Below the pieces are notes generated by a model. The model worked only from the letters and a program-made list of their open reading frames with translations, was not told where the DNA came from and searched no databases. Made by a program: the position numbers and the translations under genes. From Strigamia acuminata (taxonomy: Eukaryota), in NCBI GenBank assembly GCA_949358305.1, contig OX442314.1, positions 7,068,001-7,132,000 on the forward strand: DNA of 64,000 bases, written 5' to 3'. Positions 38,551 to 49,730 of the stretch are shown piece after piece. Every line of letters starts with the position of its first letter. The first letter of the stretch is position 1.

Positions 38551-40899
38551 TAACTCCTTGCCAAAATAATGGCATACCCTATTTTTGAAACTTTTAATAT
38601 TTGAAATTTCTCAGAAACTATTTCTCACAAGTAAAAATGGTTTTAGGAGGATTTAAAGGATTGTTAAAGTTATCATTTCTTTAAAAGTTTTTTGAAAAAA
38701 AATGAATAGTTAAAGAGAAAAAAACTTAAAAACTCCAAAAAGTGACTATTTACAATATTTCTCATAACTTGTAAACAGAATGAGATAAAATTAAAAACTA
38801 AACAGATTTGAAACCGTCTATATCCCAGGAAACTTTTCTAAATCGGATGTATGGATCTCCAAGGCCCTCAAAAAGTCATAATGAAGCTATGTAAAGGGGT
38901 AGACAACCACTATTTTTGGAAAAATCGTGGCGAGCACAACTGTTGACGAATCAAAACGAAACTTTAGCATTGAAGCATTATTGTGTCATACTTGTTTCGT
39001 CAACAGTTGTGCTTGCCACAATTTTTCGGGATCAAATTATTGACACCCCCAAATTAATTGAAAAATTACCCAAATCTATTTAATTGCATTAATTGCACAC
39101 TAATTATTTACACACTAGGCGCATTCGAAAACTAATTTGCACTAAACGACCAGTGCAACTGGTAGTGTAAATGTCAAGTTAAACGACCCAATTTTCGAGT
39201 ATCAAAATAAATTTCTGTGCAAAATTCAGTGTAAATTCAAGTGTAAATATTAAATTAGTCCAAATAATAACCATAGTCATTATTGTTGTTGTTTACTCTA
39301 AAAAAACAGGAGATTATAAAAACATGATTATAAAATGTAAATTTATTTTAATTATTTTTATCATTAATATTTATTTAAGAACGGGAATCGGCTGAACATC
39401 CGCCTCAATCGCACAAATGCGGCCGAACGTCGGCCGCATTCGATTGTACAAATGCGGCCGAACGTCGGTCGAACGTCGGCCGCATTCGATGGTACAAATG
39501 CGGTCGAACATCGGCCGCATTCGATCGCAAGAATGCGGCTAATACCTGCTACAAAATTGTTCTTGCGATCGACATCGTTCCAACCGATCTAACGAAAATC
39601 CAAGATGGCTGCCAGCAAGACCCGATTTGTACAAGAAAACTCGTTGCACGGAGATTTTAAACGGAAACGTGGCGTACAGGCCGTTTCCGTTTAACCAGTT
39701 TACACGACATTTACACGAATTAATTCGTGTAAATGTCGTGTGAAAACGAGTGTAAACACGTTTACACTCGTTTTAATGACTTTTCGAATGCGCCTACTAT
39801 TTTTATTTATCGGACCCCCATTCGCAGTAACAACCCCTCAAAAATATTTTTTTCCACACTGTTTATTTAAACACTTTTTTCCTTGATGTTTCCACCAAAT
39901 ATTAAATATCCCCGGTTTTATGTTTGTAACGCCAGTGGGGCCTTAGATGACCTACCCCATTTGCGCTTATGCCCAATTGGAACATTCTTGGCTTCGGGTG
40001 GCACTACCAGAAAGCCCTCTTTTATGGCTATTCCAAGAGCATGCTTGCAAACATATGTTTTATACATATGCATTGTCCATGTCTTCTCAGCTTTCACAAA
40101 CGTGTGCGCTTCCTCATATGTCCCAAAACTTCAAAACTTATCCCATTGCAGACCTTCTTTCCTACGTCGTTTAGCAGCAGGTTCATGGTTCTCATGGTTC
40201 TCATGGTTCTCAACATCACTATCAGCACTCTCAGACGATGAAAAGAAGTTTTGACTGGCCGTGCTGGTTAATGTTGAAGAAATCAAATCATGCTGCTTAT
40301 ATACACAGCTGAACAGATGTCACGTTGCTTAAATGTGCTAAAAACGTTGAAAACGTCATGAAAACATTCAGAAAACGGCAAAAACGTCTTGTAAATGTTT
40401 CCGAGGAAAAAAAAGCAATTTGGAGATTCGGTTCAATGATTAGGGGACAAACTCAATATGTGCGCAATTAAATATTTCCGGTGTTTTGGAAAATATAAAT
40501 AGGGGGTCGATAAATACAACCCCAATTTTTCGAAAAATAGTGGTTGTCTACCCTTTTACATAGCTCCATTATGACTTTTTTTAGGGCCTTGGAGATCCAT
40601 ACATCCAATTTAGAAAAGTTTCCTGGGATATAGACGGTCTCAAATCTGTTTAGTTTTTAATTTTATCTCATTCTGTTTACAAGTTATGAGAAATATTGTA
40701 AATAGTCACTATTTGGAGTTTTTAATTTCTTTCTCTTTGAATATTCATTTTTTTTCGAAAAACTTTTAACGAAATGATAATTCTAACAATCCTTTAAATC
40801 CTCCTAAAACAATTTTTACTTGTGAGAAATAGTTTCTGAGAAATTTCAAATATTAAAAGTTCTAAAAATAGGGTATGTCATTTTTTTGGCAAGAAGTTG
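38551..40899 (-). mobile_element. Non-autonomous DNA transposon with ~380-bp TIRs, TA-flanked, carrying an internally deleted ORF relic
   Basis: 38551-~38930 is inverted at ~40525-40899. The relic at ~39918-40253 reads ...YVCKHALGIAIK...AKNVPIGHKRKWGR, with one internal stop. Confidence 0.8.
39118..39794. mobile_element. MITE nested in the long-TIR element
   Basis: TIR ggcgcattcgaaaa/ttttcgaatgcgcc, TA-flanked, with internal palindromic repeats aatgcggccgaacgtcggccgcatt. Confidence 0.75.
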
Positions 40900-41545
40900 T
40901 ATAATGCACTTCAAACAATGTGTGTCTGAAAATACTGGTTTCACTCAAATAAAGAAAGCCAAATATTCATAAGATGTTCAAAGAATATTGTTCGCTTACT
41001 GTTTGAGTATTATCTGCACAAAATCTTAGGAGTATTGGAGTATGTGACGTGGGAAAAAGGTTGTAATGAATGCACAATGTCGCGTCGAAAAACACGTCGT
41101 ATTGTAGGCGTATTGTATCGTTGTCAAATCCAGATGTGGTCTAGACCTAGTTGAAAAGTGGAATACTAATGTGTTCATCGGCCAGGAGCTCATCTGCATG
41201 GGTCGGATCCGCTTGTTCTCAATCCGCGGCAAAATCCTCTTTCATGCACGTTGTCCGCTTTTCCGGGCAGAATTAAAAAATAAAATAAAATGATAAATAA
41301 AAATAATAAATCGAACATTCGGCGTGGTTCCTAATCTGCGTTGTATCTAAATCCGCGTTGTATCGTAATCCGCGTTGTGTCATAATCGCGTCGTTGCGAT
41401 GAACGTTACGCTGTGTAATGTTTCGTGAATTGTGTAACGTTGCCTCTAAAGTTATATCGAGGGATCAGACTTTCAGGTGTCCTAAATACTTTGAGGCGAA
41501 GCATCCACTTCCAAAAATGTGTGTAAATGCTAAATTGTGTTAAAA

Positions 41546-41780
41546 CATGAACCAAGTATAACATGGATTCTTATCCACATGTTCAGTGCGTTTTGCCACC
41601 GATGGCACCACATAATACATACAATAGCTGCATTGTATTCTGGGATGACAACGGGTAACACACATGCTTAGTTGGCAAAGAATGCATGGCATGTGATTGC
41701 TTTCATCCAATCAGTGCACAGAATAACGAATCAATATGAAATAACACACAGATACATGTCCATGTTATCCTTGGTTCATG
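41546..41780. mobile_element. MITE (family also at 61247-61591)
   Basis: TIR catgaaccaagtataacatgga/tccatgttatccttggttcatg. Confidence 0.75.
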
Positions 41781-42276
41781 GTTCAAATAAGGGGGCTGTA
41801 ATCACAATTCGTCAGTTGAATAGAAAAAAGTGAATTTTTATGCGCCATTCACTCGCAGGATGGAGACGCAAAAACGATACTACAAATGGGCCCAAAAATG
41901 AACACTTTTACAGTTAGGCACGTTTTTGCACAACTACAGTAGGTGCAGAACAAAGACTTTATTTTTTTATTTCTTTTTTATTTCTTTTTTTAAAATTAAT
42001 TACGTGCGGATTAGGGACTAAGCAGATGGGGGGCGTAAAATTGGAACCACACGGATGCGAGCAGATCGAGCGGATCGAGCGGCTAAGGGAAACGCGGATC
42101 CGGCCCACACGGATGTGAACACAGCATTCATAGCCAAGTTGAATAAGTTGCTGTCAGCAGCAAGATTGGTTGGCGCGAATCCGTGTGTCGCGCCAACCAA
42201 TGTCGCGCGTGGTATGTAACACCAACAATTTGCATAATTTGCATACATCTAATTATAATAACGAAGAAGGCCTTTA

Positions 42277-42873
42277 ATAGCGACGCTAAGAAGAGCGATC
42301 TTGCAAAACCGACGTCTGAAAAGAGCGACGCTCCAAAGAAGGAACCGTGTCGAAGAAACGATTGTCGAATAAGCAGCTCCTTAGTAAACGGAGCTAAGAA
42401 TTCGGTTTCGAAGTACTAAGTGTCGAAGAAATGACTAACTTTTCGGATTTTTCAAAGAAATACATGTCGAAGAAGTGAATGAACCGCATAGCAATGTCTT
42501 CCACTTATATTGCCAGCATTGATCACACTTCTATATTCCACGTGTTAGCAATCAGTAGAATACACAATCATTTGAATTAATTCGTACTAATAAGGTCGAG
42601 CTTCTCACTGATTTCTCGTTCCTTTCGAAGGGAATTGCCTTACGTAACTGCGAGGCTCGTTAGAGCGACGTAACGAACAAGTGTTTGGTTAACTAACATC
42701 CGTCGCTATTACGTAACGTCGCTCTAACGTGCGACGCAGTTACACGGCGTCGCTATTAAGTGCAACGCACTTGCATGGCGTCGCTCTTACGAGGCATCGC
42801 TAATGCAAGCATCGGTTAAACGAAGCGAAATTGCGCTTCGTTTTAGCGACGTCGCTCTTTTCAGCGTCGCTAT
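42277..42873. mobile_element. MITE-like element with agcgacg motif arrays
   Basis: atagcgacgctaagaagagcga is inverted as tcgctcttttcagcgtcgctat. Confidence 0.55.
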
Positions 42874-43006
42874 TCTGGTGTTTTCCGATAATAACCAATG
42901 AAAAATAAAATAACTTGCAAATACATTACCACTTATGGTGGCGTTAAATTTAACATGTGTTTTTGATTTTCGCCACCAGATGGGGCCAGTTGTTGTTGTT
43001 CTTATA

Positions 43007-43208
43007 CCGTGCTGCCTCGATTTAACGCCGGGGCGTTTATTTATTTTTTCATACCCTACTTAATGCGCACGGTACAAAAAAACGTAATCAATACGTACCC
43101 GGCGTTTACACAAATCAGGCGTTTGTTTAAGGCCGGCGTTTATTAACTTTCCATTCTCAGTTTGCCCGGCGTTTAATCAAGAGCCGGCGTTAAATCGAGG
43201 CAGTATGG
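43007..43208. mobile_element. Tc1/mariner/pogo-type MITE
   Basis: TA-flanked TIR ccgtgctgcctcgatttaacgccg/cggcgttaaatcgaggcagtatgg. Confidence 0.75.
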
Positions 43209-43554
43209 TATACTCGTCATTTTGTACTCAACTCCATGTAACCTAAATTGTTTCAAAATTTTTCAAATTTCTTCAAAATTTCCAAATGTTTTTTCAATTT
43301 TTTTGTAATTTCTCAGGCAATTTCATCAATTTTATCATAAAATGGATTTTTTTCTTTTAGAAATGGTATTTTTTTGTGTGAATAATTTTTTTATCACTTG
43401 AAAATACATTTGTTTAATTTTATTTTTATTTTTAGTTTTTTTGAAAATATACCAAACATAAATGCATTTTCATGTGAGAATACAAAATCAGGGTTGTGGA
43501 GGAAAATAGCATACTTTGTTAAAAATTTGAGAAAACTTGAAAAAACTTAAAATC

Positions 43555-43713
43555 ATAAAAAAAATTATAAGAAGTGTAATAAAAATTATAAAAAAAAAAT
43601 ATAAAACGGTGTAATAAAAATTATAAAAAAAAATTGTAAAAGTTATAATAAAAATTTTAAAAAAAAATTTAAAGAGTTATAATAAAAATTATTTAAAAAA
43701 AATTGTAAAAAGT
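43555..43713. repeat. AT-rich minisatellite (~30-bp unit) interrupted by Gypsy C; resumes at 56335-56405
   Basis: Repeats of agttataataaaaattatttaaaaaaaattgtaaa on both sides of the element. Confidence 0.8.
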
Positions 43714-44928
43714 TGTCACGGCCCGGCATTTACGCGCTTTGTAATCCTCACCTAATTGTTGTGTTGTGCGCGTTATTCCGTGTGTTTTCCACCATTGTTA
43801 AAACTCCCAATAAATCCCTAAACCTATTTGTGTTCGAATTTGAGTTTTGATTTGTCCTCATTTCCTATTCATGTTTATCCTTTGACCTGGCCTGGTGTGG
43901 CTCAATTTGGTCACATCAGACTGGTCTATGTCAGGTAATTCCACTGTTACCCCTCCTGATTTCGTTTAGTCTATCCTTTCTGATTTAAATGTTTAGTCAC
44001 TCGCGACTGACTCATCGCGATGATTATTCACGAGCGCGCCTGATTGGCTTACGCGTGCTTGACTCATGGTTCTCCCCTCGTTTTCTGTGATGGACTTGGC
44101 CCAAGTTCACTTCTGAGCTGTTTCAGCCAAGTCTGATCAGAAGGCGTAAGACCATGAGCTATCGTAAGTGCCTTAGCTGGCCGTTGTGCATTTGGCAGTC
44201 TCTCCTGTGTTAACTCACAGTATAACTCCATGCCACGTAATTGTGCATGTTTGAGTATATTCATGGTCATATCGCGTGTCTAAATTCCGCGTGTCATCTT
44301 TGTTTCCTTTCCTTTCGATGTTCTTTTGTGTTTACACGACGTTTTATGCCGCTGACGTGCCTCTGGACTAGAAGTTTAATTCAAGTAGCTAATGAGTTGT
44401 TTATTTCGTCTTTTGCGCGCGATTAGTGCGCGCTTGCTCGGTCTGGCCGCTCCGCCATTAGGGGTCCCTGCCAGATTAGCCTAAGCCACGTTTGCGTTGT
44501 TAAGTCCGCACGTGAGCAGTACTTCTTCCATTTTTAAGGCTCCAACAAACCCGGTAAAATTTGTGAAATGATCGAATAGGGGAATAAGCTTGCCGCCACC
44601 CTCCAGGCTGCTTATTGTTGCCCGGGCCCTTATTCGGGACCAGGCTCTCCCAGTATCGTAACTGGCGCGCCTTTCAAACGCGGTTTCCAATACCAGAAAC
44701 AACCGGTTCATGACACGTGGTGCCGAAACCCGGGACCTTGTTGGAGTTTATTCAGTCTAGCGCATATAAACTAGTTGCTATTTAACAAGCATTAGTGGCG
44801 TTTTTTAGAGACTATTTTGCCGAAAGGAAGGTTTCAGAGTAACTAACTTTTCATAGTACTCGCGTATCGTTTAATTACGGTGCGCATCATTTGCAGTGAG
44901 CTGCTATTACCCTTATTATCTCGCGAAT

Positions 44929-46917
44929 ATGGCGGATAAGGAAGAAACTCCCGAGAAAAAGAGAGGGATGTTTTCAGACCTCATTGATCGTTGGGATCCT
45001 GTGCGTTTACGCGAGGAGAGACAGCGACGTGAGGGAGCAGAGCGAATGCGCGGTCTGAGACCGGGCGCTCTTCGTGGGATGCTGGAGGAAATACCAACAG
45101 ATTCCACTGACCAGCCTAGCTCTATGGAAAGAGATATAAACCCCACTTTGGAGGGGCCGATAAGCGTGCATACTGTGACTCCGGCCAGCGCTATAGCTGA
45201 GTTGGAAGAAGAAGCGCGTTTGCAAAACATTGCTTCGGCTCCAGCAAGAAATGAATCAGAAGCGCCACCAGAGGTGCCTGGTTTGAGGGCTTATCTCCAT
45301 GATATGGAGGTGGCAATTTCCGCAAGACTGGATCGGGCCATAAATGCACAATTGCATGGTTGGGCCGAGGATACGGTCGAACGTGTAAGGAAAGTGGTGG
45401 AGGACTGTGCTGCTCGACAACCGCCGTTGGCGGCTGGAATTCCATTAATTCCGCCGCCACAGGAACCTCATATCCTCCTGGGCGTGTCGGGGCGGACGGT
45501 TCCCCAAATTATACCTCGTTCCACTGGAGACGCGTCTGTAATTCTAACGCCAAGTGAGATAATATTGGGTGGGGCCCGTGCAGCACCCAGTGTGCAGGGG
45601 AGAATCCATGTGCAGTCTCGTGAAGTGGATCCAGCCGTTGTCCGAGTTAACAGCGAAATAATGCGATCAATAATTCGCAGTAAGGCATCGGTAGTGGGTG
45701 CACCGTCATCCATACCGTTGAGCCAGCTGGAAAGAGAGAGAAATTCTCAAAGTGGGCAGCGGCCAAGGCCTAATGTTCCGCTTCAAACTGGTGCTGTTTC
45801 ACAAATACCTGTATTTCAACAGACAGGGCAATTACCGCAACAGCAATGGCGGCAGCAACCACAACAGTTTGCTCGAACTTCCGGTATGAGGATGGGGAAG
45901 TTACCGGAGTTCGATGTGGGCAAGGGCGCCTATAACGCAGTGGATTTGTTTCTCACTCAACTGCGAGCCCATTTCTTTACCTCGGGAATGGCGGAGTCGG
46001 TGTATCTTGAGTATTATGTGCCTCAAGCTTTAAAAGGCGAGGCGCTGGACTGGTACATGGATTTGCTTCCGAAGCCTGAGTTTTGGGATGAGTTCGCGCA
46101 TTTGTTTAAAGACGCGTTCTCTCTTACCGTCGCTGAAGCTACTGTCAATTTGGCGGAAAAGCGACAGGCGATGGGGGAGCCAACTGCGAAATTCTTGCGC
46201 GAGACTAACCGATTCCTACAGAAAACAGGGATAGTTGAGGACAGCCAAAAATGGGATATAGCCCAGCGACGACTGCAACCTGACGTTGCGGAAGTCATGC
46301 GTCAAATGGGCGTATTAACCTTGTCGCAAGCCATTGTTAGGGGACAGCAAGCAGATAGCGAGCTGCAACTACGATCTCTCCATAAAAAAGATTTCGACCT
46401 GCACGGGGTTAAGCGAGGCCAAATGCCGGTTCCCCAGCATGCAGCTCCTACCAAGCAAGAAGCCGCCGTGAAGAAACCGGTTGAGGCGACTAAGAACTCG
46501 ACTCGACATTTTTTCACGCGCAATAAGGTTGCGGCCGTGATGGAAGTCTTGGGTGAATTAGAGGAAGGTGGCATGTTTGATGATGACAATCAAAGCGTAA
46601 TGGCACAGACAGTCCGTAGTATCATGGCTACGAAAACTGCGCCTATTGTTGGAACAGAGCCACCGGTAGAGACTGGAGAACCTCATGTCTGCAGTCAAAA
46701 CAACTCCTTCGCTCAGGGCTCCGGCCCACCTAAGGACATTAAGTTGCCACCCGGAGCGGAGTGGGCCAAAAACAGGCGCGATCGGTGGTATATGCGTGAC
46801 ATTAAATTAAACGCTCCACTATGCCCGCACTGTTATAAACCCTGGGTCGTTCCGGGAAACGAGAGAGGGCCCCCACTGAAGTCCGACGCCAAAGTGGTGG
46901 ACCCAAAGAAGAAGTAG
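44929..46917 (+). CDS. gag: Gypsy C Gag
   Basis: First ORF after the PBS, with retrotransposon capsid-like LKGEALDWY...WDEFAHLFKDAF...KRQAMGEPTAKF. Confidence 0.88.
   Translation: MADKEETPEKKRGMFSDLIDRWDPVRLREERQRREGAERMRGLRPGALRGMLEEIPTDSTDQPSSMERDINPTLEGPISVHTVTPASAIAELEEEARLQNIASAPARNESEAPPEVPGLRAYLHDMEVAISARLDRAINAQLHGWAEDTVERVRKVVEDCAARQPPLAAGIPLIPPPQEPHILLGVSGRTVPQIIPRSTGDASVILTPSEIILGGARAAPSVQGRIHVQSREVDPAVVRVNSEIMRSIIRSKASVVGAPSSIPLSQLERERNSQSGQRPRPNVPLQTGAVSQIPVFQQTGQLPQQQWRQQPQQFARTSGMRMGKLPEFDVGKGAYNAVDLFLTQLRAHFFTSGMAESVYLEYYVPQALKGEALDWYMDLLPKPEFWDEFAHLFKDAFSLTVAEATVNLAEKRQAMGEPTAKFLRETNRFLQKTGIVEDSQKWDIAQRRLQPDVAEVMRQMGVLTLSQAIVRGQQADSELQLRSLHKKDFDLHGVKRGQMPVPQHAAPTKQEAAVKKPVEATKNSTRHFFTRNKVAAVMEVLGELEEGGMFDDDNQSVMAQTVRSIMATKTAPIVGTEPPVETGEPHVCSQNNSFAQGSGPPKDIKLPPGAEWAKNRRDRWYMRDIKLNAPLCPHCYKPWVVPGNERGPPLKSDAKVVDPKKK
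46854..46905 (+). promoter_or_regulatory. -1 programmed ribosomal frameshift signal (gag/pol)
   Basis: In-phase slippery heptamer G GGA AAC at 46854-46860, followed by the stem gggcccccact/agtggtggaccc. The -1 frame is open into pol. Confidence 0.8.
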
Positions 46918-49730
46918 GTTTAACACCTAAAGCTGTGTCGGAACCACCGGAAGTGAAGCGCGTGTTGCCACCAAAATCTGTGTTGACCGCGCCTAATACT
47001 GACCCAGTACTTCCGAAGTTGACTTCATTCGTGATGATTTCTCCTAAAGAGAAAGATGTGTCCGAGGAGCCAAAAATTGAGATCGGGATTGGAGAGAGAG
47101 TACGACGAGATTCCCAATATGTGAAGATCGTCTGGAATGACATCCAATTTATTGCGCAATTTGACTCTGGTGCTCAGACCTGCATCATGGCGCAAGATCT
47201 GTATGAAAAGCTGCATGAGAAGATGGGGGTGGAGATGGTTGTACTGCACGAGACCATTCGCGTTGCCAATAATCAATTAGTTGAGGTTTTGGGTAGCGTG
47301 GAGATAACCGTGCGTGCACCTCAAACTCTGATCTCTTTTGTGTGCTTGGTAATAGAGGACTCATCAGCGGACTTGCTGCTCGGACGAGATTTCTGTCGAG
47401 CGGTTGGATTATGTACGGACCATGGACTTAATTGCTGGTTCATAAGAGGTTCGGAGGAACGGCGTAGTTTCATGACTATGAGACAGGCGCTGGCCTCCGA
47501 CCCGGTACTTTTATTGCCACTAATCCCCGCCGCCCCTAAGATGGCAGTTCCTGCCCCGATTAGTGATGTAAATTGTGTTTTGTTGAATCATCGCACATTG
47601 CCCGCCGAAACTTTTGAGTTACCGCATGACGATGCGCCATTCAGAGTTAAGGTGGTGGTTTCGCGTAAGACCGCGGAAAATAGGAGTTGGACATTTCTTT
47701 GGTCACCTCCGCGACGCGAAAAGTCGCGCAGAACTAAATTCCGCGATACGACACGTGTCTACCGGAGGCCCATGTGTTTTAGCCAGCTCCGACGTTCTAA
47801 ACGGGTGCGCAGGGTTCGGAAGAGATTGTCGCAGTCTGCGGAGTCGTCCGTTCCGTCAGTTCCTCCCGATTCAGTTATTTCGGATGTAAAGGGGAAAGTT
47901 GATTCCACTGGTGGACAGTTTTCTCCTACGACCAATTTTGTTGAATATCTGCCTTGTCCTGATCCGACTAAGTTGGACTGGATTTATGGGCAGTTATCAA
48001 ATCAACTATCACCAAAACGCATCACTCATTTGATTGACGCGTTAAAACCCGTTTCGAACATCTTCAGAGAAGAAGTGGGGTTGTGCAATAACACTCTTTT
48101 TGAGGTTGATCTTAAACCTGACTTTAGGCCAATACACGTGCCTGTTAGGCCGGTAAACCCTGCTAAGAAAGCTATCATTGATCAATACATCGATCAAAAG
48201 CTGGCGCAGGGAATTATTCGTCGCTCGAAGAGTGATTGTGCCGTGGCCCCTGTCGTCGTCCCCAAGAAGGATGGCAGATGGAGGTGTGCCATGGACTTTC
48301 GCCCTATCAATGCGCAAACGATGCCTGACGTGTATCCCCTCCCAGATATTGATAACATCTTCTCATATTTGGGCGGGGCTAAGTGGTTTTCCATAATAGA
48401 TGGACGTGAAGCGTTTCATCAGATCGGCGTTAGGCCGGGAGATGAGCGTTTTCTCGCTTTTATCACGCATCGCGGACTCTACGAGTATGTCCGCATGCCT
48501 TTTGGTCCAATAAATGGCCCCGCAACACTGCAACGCGCTATGAATCTTACGCTTGCGGAATTTTTGTACAAATGCGTCTTTGTTTACATCGACGACATTA
48601 TTGTCTTTAGTAAAACATTTGAAGAGCATGTAGAACATCTGAAGCAAGTTCTGACACTTCTTGACGCGGCAGGATTCACGATGAATGCCGGCAAGACAGA
48701 GTTGTGTAAGCGTAGCCTTGAAGTGTTGGGTCATATTGTTGAAGAAGGAAAAATTCGTCCTAATCCGAAAAAGACCAGCGCGATCCAGTTATTTCCCGCG
48801 CCAACTAATGTAAAAGAGTTGCAGCGCTTTAAGGGCATGATTGGGTACTATTCTTCGTTTTTTCCGGGGTACTCGAAGACTTGTGAAGTTTTCAGGCCCT
48901 TGATGAAGAAGAACGCGCCATGGAATTGGACGGATGGCTGTCAAGCAGCGTTCGAGTATCTGCGGGACCAAGTTGCAGCATCAACTTTGCAGCGGAGGTT
49001 TCCTGACTGGTCGAAGCCGTATATTCTGCAGACGGACGCAAGCTACTCAGGCTTGGGTGCTGCGTTGATGCAATTGGATAATAATGGCATTCGTGTGCCA
49101 ATTGCATTTGCTTCGCGCGCTTTAAATAGTGCGGAAAAGAATTATAATGTTACGGAGATCGAATGTCTAGCTGCTGTTTGGGCAGTTAAGCGTTTCCGCA
49201 GTTACTTAGAACTTATGGATTTTTACCTTGAGAGCGATCACAAGTGTTTAAAATGGCTTTTTGCTCAGCGCGAACCAAAGGGCAGATTGGCTCGATGGAT
49301 TCTGTCAATGTCAGACTTTCGGTTTACATTTCTGCATTGCAGTGGCACAAGCAATCGTGTCGCTGATGCGTTGAGCAGAGCTCCTGTAGATCCGGCCATT
49401 GAAATTGGCGATGATGATTGTCCGCTCGTTGATGATGCGACATATTGTGCGTTCTTTGACGATTTCGCGAGTTGGCCGACCATTGAGATGGTGGAGCTTG
49501 ACGAGCATTTCGTGCCTAAACCATCTGGCTCAAAGATCGTTAATGCGGCTAAACTTCGTAAGAAATCGCGTATTCTTCAAAAGAAACGTGAGTTTGAGGA
49601 GTTGGAACCGCTCGAGTTGTTTGGGGATTCTGACACCCGACCCCCCAACCCCCCGGCCCCTCAAGGGGGGGTAGTGTGCCGGCCGACATGGAAAATGCCG
49701 TGTTCGGTGCACACCAGCTCTCCGGTGTAA
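46860..49730 (+). CDS. pol: Gypsy C Pol: protease, RT, RNase H
   Basis: FDSGA, WRCAMDFRPIN, YVRMPFG, VYIDDII, LQTDASYSGLGA, NYNVTEIECLA and ESDHKCL. Confidence 0.95.
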   Translation, partial: RERAPTEVRRQSGGPKEEVGLTPKAVSEPPEVKRVLPPKSVLTAPNTDPVLPKLTSFVMISPKEKDVSEEPKIEIGIGERVRRDSQYVKIVWNDIQFIAQFDSGAQTCIMAQDLYEKLHEKMGVEMVVLHETIRVANNQLVEVLGSVEITVRAPQTLISFVCLVIEDSSADLLLGRDFCRAVGLCTDHGLNCWFIRGSEERRSFMTMRQALASDPVLLLPLIPAAPKMAVPAPISDVNCVLLNHRTLPAETFELPHDDAPFRVKVVVSRKTAENRSWTFLWSPPRREKSRRTKFRDTTRVYRRPMCFSQLRRSKRVRRVRKRLSQSAESSVPSVPPDSVISDVKGKVDSTGGQFSPTTNFVEYLPCPDPTKLDWIYGQLSNQLSPKRITHLIDALKPVSNIFREEVGLCNNTLFEVDLKPDFRPIHVPVRPVNPAKKAIIDQYIDQKLAQGIIRRSKSDCAVAPVVVPKKDGRWRCAMDFRPINAQTMPDVYPLPDIDNIFSYLGGAKWFSIIDGREAFHQIGVRPGDERFLAFITHRGLYEYVRMPFGPINGPATLQRAMNLTLAEFLYKCVFVYIDDIIVFSKTFEEHVEHLKQVLTLLDAAGFTMNAGKTELCKRSLEVLGHIVEEGKIRPNPKKTSAIQLFPAPTNVKELQRFKGMIGYYSSFFPGYSKTCEVFRPLMKKNAPWNWTDGCQAAFEYLRDQVAASTLQRRFPDWSKPYILQTDASYSGLGAALMQLDNNGIRVPIAFASRALNSAEKNYNVTEIECLAAVWAVKRFRSYLELMDFYLESDHKCLKWLFAQREPKGRLARWILSMSDFRFTFLHCSGTSNRVADALSRAPVDPAIEIGDDDCPLVDDATYCAFFDDFASWPTIEMVELDEHFVPKPSGSKIVNAAKLRKKSRILQKKREFEELEPLELFGDSDTRPPNPPAPQGGVVCRPTWKMPCSVHTSSPV

